64,000 nt of DNA from Candidatus Saccharibacteria bacterium UBA6664 (GCA_002455275.1 DKKO01000006.1:50850-114849), one strand, 5' to 3'; shown: positions 36,496-46,375, counted from the stretch's first letter. Notes: generated by a model not told the origin, from the sequence alone. Program-made: numbers and translations.

Positions 36496-37567
36496 CGACT
36501 TTGTCGCGCTTACTAATCAGACGCTCGAGTATGCCTACCCCAGCGTCGAGGTTGAAGGTGAAGTGGCGAGCTTTAAAGTAAACCAGCAAAAATTTGTCTT
36601 CTTCGACTTAAAAGATGATAACTCGAGCGTTGGCTGCTTTATGACCATCTGGCAGCTTCGACAGCCAATCGAAGATGGTATGAGGGTCATTGTTACGGCA
36701 ACGCCGAAGCTTACAAACTGGGGTAAGTTTAGCCTCACCGTGCGGGCTATTCGTCCGAGTGGCGAGGGGAGCTTGAAGAAAAGCTTTGAGCTACTAAAGG
36801 CAAAGCTTGAAAAAGAAGGGTTGTTTGCTTTAGAGCGCAAGCGAGCATTACCGCCCCTACCAAAACGTATAGCGGTGGTAAGTAGCACTCAAGCAGCGGG
36901 CTACGCTGACTTTATAAAAATTCTCAATGATAGATTCGGTGGTTTACACATCGAAGTCGCTCATGTGCAAGTGCAAGGTGAGGTTGCTGCCGACCAAATG
37001 ATTCGTGCTATCAAACATTTCAACACACAGGAAGAACTGGCTGATGTATTGGTACTGATTCGTGGAGGCGGAAGCGCCGATGATTTAAGCTCGTTCAATG
37101 ATGAACTATTGGTACGCGAAGTCGCGGCAAGTCGTATACCTGTGCTTACCGGTATTGGCCATGAAACAGACGAAAGTCTGGTTGATTTGGCTGCGGACGT
37201 ACGTGGGGCAACCCCAAGTAACGCCGCGCAGATTCTTGTGCCAGACAAACGTGAAATAGTGCAACAGGTGAGCCACTTGGTGCGAGGTATCATTCCGACT
37301 GTAGAACACGCCATTGAACTTGAACAACAGCAATTACGACAAATGCTTGAGGCAAGTATGCAGGTGTTTCATTCGCGTATTGAACTAGCCGAGAATGAAC
37401 GAAACGCTCTTGAGCGAGTTCTGGCACAGCTAGATCCCCGAGCCGTTCTGGCGCGTGGCTACAGTATCGTTCGCGGCAAGATTGAAGCAGGACAACGTAT
37501 AGAGATTGAACAACTAACTAAACAGATTACAGCGGAGGTAACCAATGTCAAAAGCATCAACAATTGA
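36464..37567 (+). CDS. xseA: Exodeoxyribonuclease VII large subunit
   Basis: Start at ATG 36464 (MEKETVRLSVSDFVALTNQ). OB-fold N-terminus, catalytic core (RIAVVSSTQAAGYADF, LIRGGGS, GIGHETD), coiled-coil tail. Confidence 0.92.
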   Translation: MEKETVRLSVSDFVALTNQTLEYAYPSVEVEGEVASFKVNQQKFVFFDLKDDNSSVGCFMTIWQLRQPIEDGMRVIVTATPKLTNWGKFSLTVRAIRPSGEGSLKKSFELLKAKLEKEGLFALERKRALPPLPKRIAVVSSTQAAGYADFIKILNDRFGGLHIEVAHVQVQGEVAADQMIRAIKHFNTQEELADVLVLIRGGGSADDLSSFNDELLVREVAASRIPVLTGIGHETDESLVDLAADVRGATPSNAAQILVPDKREIVQQVSHLVRGIIPTVEHAIELEQQQLRQMLEASMQVFHSRIELAENERNALERVLAQLDPRAVLARGYSIVRGKIEAGQRIEIEQLTKQITAEVTNVKSINN

Positions 37568-37742
37568 GGAGAAAATGACTGAGCTACGAGCTCTCGTCGC
37601 ATGGTTTGAGAGCGATGAATTTCAACTAGAGGCCGCATCGGCCAAATTTACCGAAGCCAGCAAACTCGCAAAAGAAATCGAAGAAGATTTAGCGAAACTA
37701 AAAAATACTGTTAACGTGCTGAAACAATCATTCGATTCATGA
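37545..37742 (+). CDS. xseB: Exodeoxyribonuclease VII small subunit
   Basis: 65-aa helical protein overlapping the xseA 3' end, in the typical xseA-xseB arrangement. Confidence 0.85.
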   Translation: MSKASTIEEKMTELRALVAWFESDEFQLEAASAKFTEASKLAKEIEEDLAKLKNTVNVLKQSFDS

Positions 37743-38248
37743 TTTTACTTTGGATAGTTTTCGCGATAGCACTTGTATTCGCAGCAGTTGTAGCCGTGGG
37801 TGCGCCATATGTGCCAAGCAAACGAAAAGATCTCGTCGATGCATTTGATGAATTGTACCCAATTTCGAAAAATGACTTGGTATTAGACATTGGTTCGGGC
37901 GATGGAATAGTACTACGCGAAGTTGCCAGGCGTGGTGGTAGGGCAGTAGGCATCGAAATTAACCCGATATTGGTACTCATAAGCAAGTGGCTGTCACGAA
38001 GCGATGTACCGGTGCATACGCAGCTCGCAAATTTGTGGCGATTTAATTTTCCCACCAGCACAACACTCGTGTACGTGTTTGGTGAATCACGTGATATAGG
38101 GCGCATGAGCAGAAAAATTCAGTCTGAAGTAGACCGGCTTGGCCACGATGTGCGGGTGATGAGCTATGGCTTCGAAATTCCGGGCGCTAAACAGCTCGCC
38201 AGAACCAAAACACATTTTCTCTACAAGTTCAGTCCTTTACAGAAGTAA
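37739..38248 (+). CDS. Membrane-anchored class I SAM-dependent methyltransferase
   Basis: N-terminal TM, then VLDIGSGDGIVL. ATGA overlap with xseB. Confidence 0.7.
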   Translation: MILLWIVFAIALVFAAVVAVGAPYVPSKRKDLVDAFDELYPISKNDLVLDIGSGDGIVLREVARRGGRAVGIEINPILVLISKWLSRSDVPVHTQLANLWRFNFPTSTTLVYVFGESRDIGRMSRKIQSEVDRLGHDVRVMSYGFEIPGAKQLARTKTHFLYKFSPLQK

Positions 38249-38270
38249 AAAGCACAAGTATAATGACCGC

Positions 38271-38930
38271 ATGATACCAGTTTCTCGAACTCACGAACAC
38301 GGCATGAGTGCCGGCATTATTACAGCAATCGTACTTCTCACTATTGGTGTGATTGGCATGACAGGTCTTGCCGTATGGTCATTTGTAAATTATCGCGACC
38401 AAAAAAGTAACGTCGATGCCAAAATCGCTTCAGCAGTAGCGGAAGCCGAAAAAGTGCAGGCTGATAAAGACGAAGCAAAATTCGCCGAGCGCGAGAAAGA
38501 ACCAAACCGCACATTCGCTGGCCCGGCCGATTACGGTCAGCTAAGCTTTAGTTATCCAAAAACGTGGAGCGTGTACGTAGAGAGTGACATTACTAATGGC
38601 GGTGACTTTGAAGCCTACTTAAACCCGATTTCCGTGCCACCTGTTAATCCTAAGCAGCGTTTCGCCCTTCGTGTCACAATACTCGAGAAAGAGTACAACG
38701 AAGTAGTTGATGACTATTCAAACCTTGTTGAAGATGGCGATTTGCGCAGTCGTTCGTTTAGTGCCAATGGTCAAAATGGCACACGCCTTGATGGTAACTT
38801 CTCTAAAGACATTCGTGGCGCAGCTGTGCTGTTCAAAATTCGTGACAAAACCGCGGTTATTCAAACAGATGCAGATACCTTCAAGTCTGATTTCGAAAAG
38901 ATCATTAAGACGATTAGCTTTAACCAATAG
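38271..38930 (+). CDS. Hypothetical membrane-anchored extracytoplasmic protein
   Basis: Start set at ATG 38271. TATAAT at 38259-64 is followed by 6 nt and then the ATG. One TM (IITAIVLLTIGVIGMTGLAVW). Confidence 0.6.
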   Translation: MIPVSRTHEHGMSAGIITAIVLLTIGVIGMTGLAVWSFVNYRDQKSNVDAKIASAVAEAEKVQADKDEAKFAEREKEPNRTFAGPADYGQLSFSYPKTWSVYVESDITNGGDFEAYLNPISVPPVNPKQRFALRVTILEKEYNEVVDDYSNLVEDGDLRSRSFSANGQNGTRLDGNFSKDIRGAAVLFKIRDKTAVIQTDADTFKSDFEKIIKTISFNQ

Positions 38931-38997
38931 AATCACACAATTCTAGCTGCTCATGCTTGGCATGTCATAGTACCACCATGCTACACTAGATGTAGCT

Positions 38998-39729
38998 ATG
39001 GAGGCCGCCAAGGGGAATAATAACAGAGGTGGGAGCAACCAATCAGACTTGTCGTCGGTGGTTGTCGCGGCTCATGAACTCAAATCGCCATTAGTGCTTA
39101 TGCGCCAACTCGCATTAGACATTGCTAGCGGCAAACTTTCAAATGAAGAACAGCGACGAGTAGTTGATCAATTAGTACACGTCAGTGAAAAAGGCTTGCG
39201 TCTTACGAGCGACCTAACTCGAGCGGAGGCCGTACAGTCGGTACTATTTGATATGCAGCCGGTCAATGCAATCAGCGTGTGCGATGACGTAGCCGATGAG
39301 CTTGCGGGCCTATATAATGCGCATGGCCGTAGCCTTAAGCGTTCACGTATCCGTGCCTTACCACCCGTTGTGGCGAATCGAGACTTGTTACGGCGTATAT
39401 TGGTTGGTTTCGCCGACAACGCACTGCATTATAGCGACATAGACGGTGTAGTAGAACTGCACGCGCAGTTGCTGCGTGATAAAAAGCTTGTGCGCCTCGG
39501 TGTACGCGATTACGGTCCGGCGCTTTCAAATAAAAACTGGCGACAACTTGTGCGAAACCTCGGCGCTACTCAGCCAGTGCAGGCGAGACCGCAAAGCAGC
39601 GGGCTTGGGCTGTACATCGCACATCAATTTGCGGTAAGCATGAATGGCCGAATCGGCGCAGTGCGGCATCGCGACGGCGCATCATTTTACGTAGAATTAC
39701 CAATTTCGCAACAGCTTACACTGCTATGA
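38998..39729 (+). CDS. Minimal cytoplasmic histidine kinase (DHp + CA domains only)
   Basis: The H-box AAHELKSPL starts about 25 aa from the N-terminus. N box ADNALHYS, G1 VRDYGPAL, G2 GLGLYIA. No TM or sensor domain. Confidence 0.85.
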   Translation: MEAAKGNNNRGGSNQSDLSSVVVAAHELKSPLVLMRQLALDIASGKLSNEEQRRVVDQLVHVSEKGLRLTSDLTRAEAVQSVLFDMQPVNAISVCDDVADELAGLYNAHGRSLKRSRIRALPPVVANRDLLRRILVGFADNALHYSDIDGVVELHAQLLRDKKLVRLGVRDYGPALSNKNWRQLVRNLGATQPVQARPQSSGLGLYIAHQFAVSMNGRIGAVRHRDGASFYVELPISQQLTLL

Positions 39730-40103
39730 GCGAAGCGGTTCGTGTAGTAATTGTTGAAGACGACACCTGGCTCGCCGAGCACTATATGAGAGTTCTGCGA
39801 AGAAGTGGCTACGAAGTATATCATGCACCACATGCGCTTGCAGCAATTGATGTGATTGACCAAGTAGTGCCAGATGTTATCGTGCTCGATGTGCTGCTTA
39901 CGGGTACTACGGCGTTAGCATTGTTGCACGAACTACAGTCGCACGAAGATTTGGCGAATATTCCGGTAATACTTGCGACAAATTTGGCAGACCAAATCGC
40001 ACTCGACGACGTAGCATCGTATGGCGTGAGGCGAATCGTCGACAAAGCCAGTATGCAGCCCGAAGACATAGCTATCGCCGTGCGGAGTGTGGCAAAACCA
40101 TGA
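39726..40103 (+). CDS. Receiver-only response regulator
   Basis: 125 aa. VEDD, phospho-acceptor VIVLDVLL, Lys in IVDKAS. ATGA overlap with the kinase. Confidence 0.88.
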   Translation: MSEAVRVVIVEDDTWLAEHYMRVLRRSGYEVYHAPHALAAIDVIDQVVPDVIVLDVLLTGTTALALLHELQSHEDLANIPVILATNLADQIALDDVASYGVRRIVDKASMQPEDIAIAVRSVAKP

Positions 40104-40777
40104 AGATAATTCGTACCAAAGCAATTGTGCTGCGCCGCACCAACTATGGCGAGGCCGATAGGGTTATTCAATTACTTACCCCCGAGCATGGCAAAATCAG
40201 TGTTATGGCTAAAAGCGTGCGTCGTGAGAAAAGTAAACTCGCAGGCGGCATAGAATTATTTGCACGCTGCGACGTCACAATCTCTACGGGGAAAGGAGAG
40301 TTAGGTATTCTAACAGGTGCCAGGTTAGAGAAGTTCTATCGAAATATTTTAAGCGATTACGACCGGTTGCAATTTGGCTATGAAGTAATAAAGCAAATGA
40401 GCAAGGCTGCCGATGCGCTCGATGAACCGGCATTTTTTGAGCTGCTTGACCAAGCACTGGCCGCGCTCGACGATACTGATCTGCTTTTGCCCGTGCTCAA
40501 AACATGGTTTTGGCTACAGCTTGCGATATTGCTGGGGGTTGGGGTGAATCTAGCTACCGATGACAGTGGCATGAAGTTGGTTGAAGATGCGCGTTACAAC
40601 TTTGATGCGAACTCCAGCGCGCTGGTATTTCACGAACAGGGCCAGTTCACTAGTGACCATATTAAATTGCTTCGCATACTTAGTGCCCAGCCACCAAAGG
40701 TGGCCATGCATGTAGCGAATATTGAAAAGCTTATCGATGATTGTCTATGGCTCGCCGAGCGAGGCGTCGCGCATTAG
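40100..40777 (+). CDS. recO: DNA repair protein RecO
   Basis: N-terminal OB fold, MKIIRTKAIVLRRTNYGEADRVIQLLTPEHGKISVMAKSVRR. ATGA overlap with the receiver gene. Confidence 0.88.
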   Translation: MKIIRTKAIVLRRTNYGEADRVIQLLTPEHGKISVMAKSVRREKSKLAGGIELFARCDVTISTGKGELGILTGARLEKFYRNILSDYDRLQFGYEVIKQMSKAADALDEPAFFELLDQALAALDDTDLLLPVLKTWFWLQLAILLGVGVNLATDDSGMKLVEDARYNFDANSSALVFHEQGQFTSDHIKLLRILSAQPPKVAMHVANIEKLIDDCLWLAERGVAH

Positions 40778-40809
40778 TACCTCACGACGATAAACGGTAT
40801 CATAAGTAC

Positions 40810-41733
40810 ATGACTACACGAAAAAAACTACTCGTATGTATCGGCATCCCGCTGGGACTTCTTGCCATTCTGTTTATATACGCCCAAATACTTGCTTCAC
40901 ATTTTAATAAAGAGCTCTCGACCTATATTGAAGACAAAAAGGGAGCATATGCAGTACTCGCAAAGTCGTATCAGAAGGATACTGAGACGATAAACAAAGA
41001 GTTTGTGCGCATCGCAAATGACAAATCAAAGCCTGCCTTTATTGATAAAGTAAAAGCTCACCAAAAGCTATTCGCACAATATAACGAACAGATGAGCCGT
41101 ATTGCAGAAGGTGATACAAAGTTTGTTGCGTTGCTCGACAAAAAGAAGCCGGCCCTTTCAAAGAACTCGTTTTTTGCAGATCTAAACCCCACGTACAATA
41201 CGGCGTTGAAGAAACAGAAGAAGCTTGAAGATAGTATTGCTTTACTAGAACGGGGAGTACTAGCCGAAAAATTTATGGCCACCGAGCACGAAGCCTACTT
41301 CGCAAATATGGCGAAAGCACAAACCTTTATTTCACTCGAGGCGCTTACCAAGCTTATTAATGGCCTGGCTTCAATTGGCGAGGATCCAGCAGTGAAGCAG
41401 CAGAATAAGCTGAGCGAGTATGAGCAAGCCACGGAAACAATTATTCCTGGACTTGAAAAAATCTTGAAGGCATCACCAATGCCCGAACATCCCTATTACG
41501 AAAAAAAGCGTGCGGAAGCTTTAGAGATGCTCGGTACAAGCAAGAAGGCATTTATGCTGTATGCCGAGTCATTGAAAAACGGCGATCAAGATGCAAAGGC
41601 GAAGGCAGACGCGCTTGTAAATAAAGATGACAAATTGCTAAAGTATCGAACGATAGTTGGCGAGAGTTTGCTTGCACCATATTTCGATATTGGTATTATG
41701 GCGCGCGAAACAAAAACAATCTTTTCTCTGTAA
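40810..41733 (+). CDS. Hypothetical membrane-anchored helical protein
   Basis: Start set at ATG 40810 (MTTRKKLLVCIGIPLG...). One N-terminal TM, then a Lys/Glu-rich helical ectodomain. Confidence 0.6.
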   Translation: MTTRKKLLVCIGIPLGLLAILFIYAQILASHFNKELSTYIEDKKGAYAVLAKSYQKDTETINKEFVRIANDKSKPAFIDKVKAHQKLFAQYNEQMSRIAEGDTKFVALLDKKKPALSKNSFFADLNPTYNTALKKQKKLEDSIALLERGVLAEKFMATEHEAYFANMAKAQTFISLEALTKLINGLASIGEDPAVKQQNKLSEYEQATETIIPGLEKILKASPMPEHPYYEKKRAEALEMLGTSKKAFMLYAESLKNGDQDAKAKADALVNKDDKLLKYRTIVGESLLAPYFDIGIMARETKTIFSL

Positions 41734-41771
41734 ATATTGCATTTTACCAGTAAATATGTTATTATATACAT

Positions 41772-42389
41772 ATGACTTCGCATGCAACATTTCGAGATCG
41801 GCTACACACTGCCTATGAGCATCACGATGCTTTATTGCAGGCACAAAAACTTAGTGTAGAGCCACGCCTCGGACAACTTGCGATTCTTGTATCTAGCTGG
41901 ACGCGCGATGACATTCCTATGAGCCCCGAAGCGCAGCGTGGGGCTATGGAAGAAGCGGCCGAATACTTGGCAGAGAGGGCTCAGCAAGAGGGTGTGTACG
42001 ACGATATCGATATTCGTCACCATGCAACCAAGGCCACATTGCTCGATGCCATTGAAGACGATGAAGTAGCAGGCATTACGCTCGTAGGCCATGGTAATAT
42101 CTCGACGTTCCACACTGCAGATGCTTCAAGCTTGAAGTGGTTTACTGCGGCAGCGCACACCGACCATTTAAAACAGGGCGGCATTGAACAGCGTATGTGC
42201 GGTAGGGTATATAAAGGCGAAGCAGCACTCGGCACGTTTTTGGTTGCTGACCAGCGAAATATTTTGGCAGCAGCAGGCACAAATGTCGGTGATTTAGTGG
42301 ATGACGAAGAGTTTTTCGTACCGGTGTACCAAAAGCCACAAAATACGCCTGATGAAATTCAGGCGCTTCACGAACGATTTATAGGATAG
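41772..42389 (+). CDS. Hypothetical 205-aa protein
   Basis: Clean ORF with an AT-rich -10-like sequence just upstream. No confident motif. Confidence 0.55.
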   Translation: MTSHATFRDRLHTAYEHHDALLQAQKLSVEPRLGQLAILVSSWTRDDIPMSPEAQRGAMEEAAEYLAERAQQEGVYDDIDIRHHATKATLLDAIEDDEVAGITLVGHGNISTFHTADASSLKWFTAAAHTDHLKQGGIEQRMCGRVYKGEAALGTFLVADQRNILAAAGTNVGDLVDDEEFFVPVYQKPQNTPDEIQALHERFIG

Positions 42390-42391
42390 CC

Positions 42392-43204
42392 TTATATCTC
42401 TTCTGGTGGGTCTACGACCATTCGTTTCAGGCGATCCACAAGTGATTCATTTCCACCGCGAACAGAAGGCCTACGAAAACGTGGTCGCGGGGTGGGATTC
42501 ATACGAGTTGAAAGTGGTGGCGCGTCTTCGTCGAAGTCTGGTGTGGCTGATGGCGCAAATACCTCAAGTGGTTTGTACAAAGGCGCTACTGCGCGAGGCC
42601 CATACATAGTGAGCCATCTCATCATGGCTGATTTATCGCGTGGAGATACGTCTGTCGATGGCGGCAAAGCTTCTAGTAACTCATGCGCGGCACTTGCGTC
42701 CATCCATGGCGAACCATCGCGCACTTCTTCGCCGCGCCAGTGCAAGTACTCTAAGCCGTTTTCTATGTGCAGGGGCATTCTACTAAGTGGTGAGTTTACA
42801 AAGGTTGCTTGCTGACGAGCAGCAACACCAAGCACGCCTCGGGCAACATGGTGTATGAGCTGTAGGTGACGCTGCGGAACTTCGGGTAGGGGAGCTACGT
42901 CTCTGTGTGCATTTGGAGCGTGTTGATGGGTCAGAGTATCGATTGTGTACTCGGTTGCCCCAGCTTGGTCGCCATCACCGCGAAGAATATGTGCAGTTGC
43001 AAGCATCGTCCAGTAGTCTAGCCGCAAGCCGACCGTTTCATGTACTCGCACTTTAGAATCAAGTTTTACTAGGGCGTCGTTTACACGACCTTCGCCCAAG
43101 GCTTTTTCGGCAGCATCAAGAGTGTCGCGAGTGTATTGTGCCACATTTAACAGATACGGTTCGCGATATGCAGGGATAGCTTCACCTCTTGGTCGACCTA
43201 TCAT
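42392..43204 (-). CDS. Hypothetical 270-aa protein
   Basis: One of only six minus-strand CDS in the window. Its stop lies 2 nt from the stop of the convergent plus-strand gene. No motif recognised. Confidence 0.55.
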   Translation of the reverse strand: MIGRPRGEAIPAYREPYLLNVAQYTRDTLDAAEKALGEGRVNDALVKLDSKVRVHETVGLRLDYWTMLATAHILRGDGDQAGATEYTIDTLTHQHAPNAHRDVAPLPEVPQRHLQLIHHVARGVLGVAARQQATFVNSPLSRMPLHIENGLEYLHWRGEEVRDGSPWMDASAAHELLEALPPSTDVSPRDKSAMMRWLTMYGPRAVAPLYKPLEVFAPSATPDFDEDAPPLSTRMNPTPRPRFRRPSVRGGNESLVDRLKRMVVDPPEEI

Positions 43205-43233
43205 CTTACCATTATACCATAAATTAGTGTAAT

Positions 43234-43722
43234 TTACAAGTTTTCGTCGTGTGATCTCGAAGGCAGCTTGGCACCAATAGCTTTTAGTAGGGCAGCGCCA
43301 CGTTTGCGGTAAGCTTCCAGGTGTTCACGATCTGTTAGAATCACGGCTTTTTCCTTGGTGTTAGCAAGCATTTTGGCCCACTTTTCTTTATCAATTACAT
43401 CGCTTGCGGCAATTCGGGCGCCTAACGCACCTACAGCGTGAGAAACCACCTCATATACTCGCCCCAGGTGCTTGCTGCCAAGCAGCTTGGTTAAGGTTTC
43501 TTCATTTACCTCGCCATCTTCTTGTTGTGCTAGTTTGCATGCTTGCTCGAGTGCAACAGCAAAATGGTCAACATTCTTTGTAATGGTATTATAAGCTGCT
43601 AATGAGCTCTCAGCTTCTTCAAGATTGCCTTGACGCATCAGATCCATCGCGTCTGCGACCACTTGTGCCATTTGCCGTGGTTGGCGCTCGGGCATATCAC
43701 GTGGGTCAATGTCGTGGTTCAT
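43234..43722 (-). CDS. Hypothetical 162-aa helical protein
   Basis: Upstream partner of 42392-43204 on the minus strand, with a 29-nt gap. Shares a 61-bp divergent promoter region with glyQS. Confidence 0.55.
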   Translation of the reverse strand: MNHDIDPRDMPERQPRQMAQVVADAMDLMRQGNLEEAESSLAAYNTITKNVDHFAVALEQACKLAQQEDGEVNEETLTKLLGSKHLGRVYEVVSHAVGALGARIAASDVIDKEKWAKMLANTKEKAVILTDREHLEAYRKRGAALLKAIGAKLPSRSHDENL

Positions 43723-43783
43723 GGTGATTTTACTATGCGTCTACCTCCGAAAATATGCAAGGGTCTGATATACTGTGAACAGT

Positions 43784-45079
43784 ATGAACAAAGAGGTAAA
43801 ACTAGAAGATATTGTGAGCTTGGCGAAGCGCCGAGGCTTTATTTACCAGGGTAGTGAAGTATATGGTGGTTTAAGTGGTACATGGGATTACGGCCCTCTA
43901 GGTGTAGCCCTGAAGCGCAATATCATGAATCTTTGGTGGCAAATGTTCGTGGAAGACCGCGATGACATGTACGGCGTAGACGCGGCGATTTTGATGAACC
44001 AAAAAGTGTGGCAGGCAAGTGGTCACGTAGATACGTTTACCGACCCATTGGTAGAGTGTAGCAATTGTCATGCACGTCATCGCCAAGACAAGCTAGAAGA
44101 CGCGAATAAGTGCCCTACGTGTGGCCAAACTGGCACGTTTGGCGAAGCACGTGCATTCAACATGATGTTTAAAACCAATGTTGGCCCGGTGGCGGATGAG
44201 TCTAGTATTTCGTATCTTCGTCCAGAAACCGCCCAAGGTATCTTCACGAATTACAAAAACGTCGTAGATAGTTTTTACCCAGATTTGCCATTTGGTATTG
44301 CGCAGCAGGGCAAGGCATTTCGCAATGAAATCAGCCCACGCGATTTTGTATTCCGAAGTCGTGAGTTTGAGCAGATGGAAGTAGAATATTTCGTGCACCC
44401 AGAAAAGTGGGAAGAAGCCTTCGAGCAGTGGCGCAAAGACATTGAAGTATTCCTAGATAAACTTGGTCTGCCACGCGAAAGTGTAGAGGAAGTAGAAGTG
44501 CCGGAAAATGACCGCGCACACTACTCTAAGCGCACGATCGATTACGAATTTGCATTCCCGCACGGTAAAGATGAGTTACTGGGCCTAGCGTATCGAACTG
44601 ATTTCGACCTAGGCAACATTCAGCGAGTCAGCGGTAAAACTATGGAATACCGTGTGAAGGGCAGTGACGAAACATTCGTGCCGCATGTAATCGAGCCAAG
44701 CTTTGGTGTAGAGCGTGCGCTGATGGCCGTGCTAACAAGCGCTTACCGCGAAGACGAGCAAAATGGTGAAAAGCGAATTTACCTTGCACTTCCAGAGCAC
44801 CTGGCACCAGTGAAATATGCTGTAAGCCCGCTGCTAAAAAACAAGCCAGAGCTGGTAGAAAAAGCCCGCGAAGTGTACCAAATGCTGAAAAAGAAATACG
44901 GCGCTGTGATGTGGGATGACAACGGCAACATTGGTAAACGCTACCGCCGCCAAGACGAAATCGGCACGCCGCACTGTGTGGTGATAGACTTCCAAACGCT
45001 AGAAGATGGTACCGTGACTGTGCGCGATAGGGATACGACAGAACAGAGGCGAGTTGAAGCTACGGTCCTGTATCAGTAA
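43784..45079 (+). CDS. glyQS: Glycyl-tRNA synthetase, alpha2 dimeric type
   Basis: Start at ATG 43784 (MNKEVKLEDIVSLAKRRGF...). TGATATACT extended -10 at 43766-74. Class II motifs (FRNEISPR, PSFGVERA). Confidence 0.93.
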   Translation: MNKEVKLEDIVSLAKRRGFIYQGSEVYGGLSGTWDYGPLGVALKRNIMNLWWQMFVEDRDDMYGVDAAILMNQKVWQASGHVDTFTDPLVECSNCHARHRQDKLEDANKCPTCGQTGTFGEARAFNMMFKTNVGPVADESSISYLRPETAQGIFTNYKNVVDSFYPDLPFGIAQQGKAFRNEISPRDFVFRSREFEQMEVEYFVHPEKWEEAFEQWRKDIEVFLDKLGLPRESVEEVEVPENDRAHYSKRTIDYEFAFPHGKDELLGLAYRTDFDLGNIQRVSGKTMEYRVKGSDETFVPHVIEPSFGVERALMAVLTSAYREDEQNGEKRIYLALPEHLAPVKYAVSPLLKNKPELVEKAREVYQMLKKKYGAVMWDDNGNIGKRYRRQDEIGTPHCVVIDFQTLEDGTVTVRDRDTTEQRRVEATVLYQ

Positions 45080-45108
45080 ATAATTAATACTGATATAATA
45101 AAATTACT

Positions 45109-45783
45109 ATGCAATCACCACAATGGAACTACTATCTCGGTTTTTACACAAATGGCCTCAGAGACATTGATAATAAGCTTATTTTCGACGACATTACTAA
45201 CGCATATAAGAAAAGCGGCTTTGAAGATCTAGATACCTTGCTCAGTTCTCCAGAGAGTGAGAAAAACGGACCTCGCGTTAAGGTTGAGTCGTCCATGTCA
45301 GGAGTTAATATGTGGTTTGGAAGTGAATTTATATTCATACCCCTGCGTCTTGAACAACCCAAATCGTTAAGTAAAGAAACGATTGTCAAAAACTTAGATT
45401 CGATTTTGAAAAACTCAAGCATTGTCGGCAAGTTGCAAGCACGTTCACTACAGGTACATATCAGTGGCGAAGGAAGCATTGAGGAGTCTGACATATTATC
45501 CAGCAGCAACTCTGATCTGAAGTCATTAACTCAGGGTAAAAAGGATACTTTTGCCTTTGAAACCTCTGGTCCTAGCGGTGAGGGCGAAAGTGGTGAGATA
45601 CGACACAAGATAGAAATTAAGAAGGAAGACGCTGATCAATATTCGTACGAGATTGAAAGTGTACTAGATATAGCTGCCGAAAGTGGGCAATCGGTTGACC
45701 AGCTACCGTCATTAATTAGCAATATTGACATGAAGGCCCAAAAGAATGAGCTCTGGGAATCGGCAGAACAACTTATTCGTTGA
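45109..45783 (+). CDS. Hypothetical 224-aa soluble protein, first gene of the low-GC cassette
   Basis: My count of the first 120 nt gives about 37% GC, against 50-56% in sampled housekeeping genes. TATAAT at 45094-99. No motif recognised. Confidence 0.6.
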   Translation: MQSPQWNYYLGFYTNGLRDIDNKLIFDDITNAYKKSGFEDLDTLLSSPESEKNGPRVKVESSMSGVNMWFGSEFIFIPLRLEQPKSLSKETIVKNLDSILKNSSIVGKLQARSLQVHISGEGSIEESDILSSSNSDLKSLTQGKKDTFAFETSGPSGEGESGEIRHKIEIKKEDADQYSYEIESVLDIAAESGQSVDQLPSLISNIDMKAQKNELWESAEQLIR

Positions 45784-46375
45784 GGAAGATCGGCAGGCAT
45801 TAGCGTCGAGTAGAAATCAGGCTCGTAATCGCAGTCGGCTCGAAGCAAATTATTTTTATGGCTTAAACCAAGCCGAAGAGTCGATTCGTAATCTTGAAAC
45901 TGATTTCGAAGCTAGATTCAAAGCATTCGAACTCGATAAGCAGAAAGACATAGAAAAGATCAAAGTTGAAATCGAGTCCGCAAAGAGCGAGGTTCGACAA
46001 GCCAGAAATAAAATACTTGAACCGTTAGCAGTTTTTGTGGGTTTATTTACCTTTGCATCAATAGCATTTCAGACTTTCGCGCAGATTAGGGAATACATAC
46101 TCTGGATGCCAATCTTAGTTATTGTCTTGGGTGCTATGATAATCTTCGCTGGTCTAGTAATTCATGCGAGTTCAATAGATGCAGATGTCTCCAAAAGGCG
46201 AACGTATACAGGACTGCTAATTGCTACGGGTTTGATTTTAATTATCGCGGGAGGGGCGTATTATGGAGCGGCAACGGATATTATTGGGCGCGAAGATTCA
46301 AAGTATTGTATTCGATTAATTAAAGATGAAGTCGAGAATAATCCGTGGGATCTGTACTGTAAAATTAAGAGGTAG
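45746..46375 (+). CDS. Hypothetical coiled-coil + 3-TM membrane protein, second gene of the low-GC cassette
   Basis: Overlaps the upstream gene by 38 nt. N-terminal charged coiled coil (EARFKAFELDKQKDIEKIKVEIESAKSEVRQARNK), then three hydrophobic helices. About 36% GC in 120 nt counted. Confidence 0.6.
   Translation: MSSGNRQNNLFVEEDRQALASSRNQARNRSRLEANYFYGLNQAEESIRNLETDFEARFKAFELDKQKDIEKIKVEIESAKSEVRQARNKILEPLAVFVGLFTFASIAFQTFAQIREYILWMPILVIVLGAMIIFAGLVIHASSIDADVSKRRTYTGLLIATGLILIIAGGAYYGAATDIIGREDSKYCIRLIKDEVENNPWDLYCKIKR

Noticed and set aside
41772-42389. Caspase/CHAT-like His-Cys dyad (LVGHGN ... QRMCGR) in the 205-aa orphan protein
   Set aside because: The spacing of about 36 aa and the polar context before the Cys do not fit the hydrophobic strand seen before catalytic Cys in caspase-fold proteases. 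This is too weak to call without a structure or HMM search.
45071-45095. Inverted repeat TATCAGTA...TACTGATA at the upstream edge of the low-GC cassette as an insertion-site (att/IR) signature
   Set aside because: No matching repeat exists at the downstream edge (about 46376-46390), and there is no integrase or transposase nearby. The hairpin directly follows the glyQS stop and is better explained as its AT-rich terminator overlapping the next promoter.
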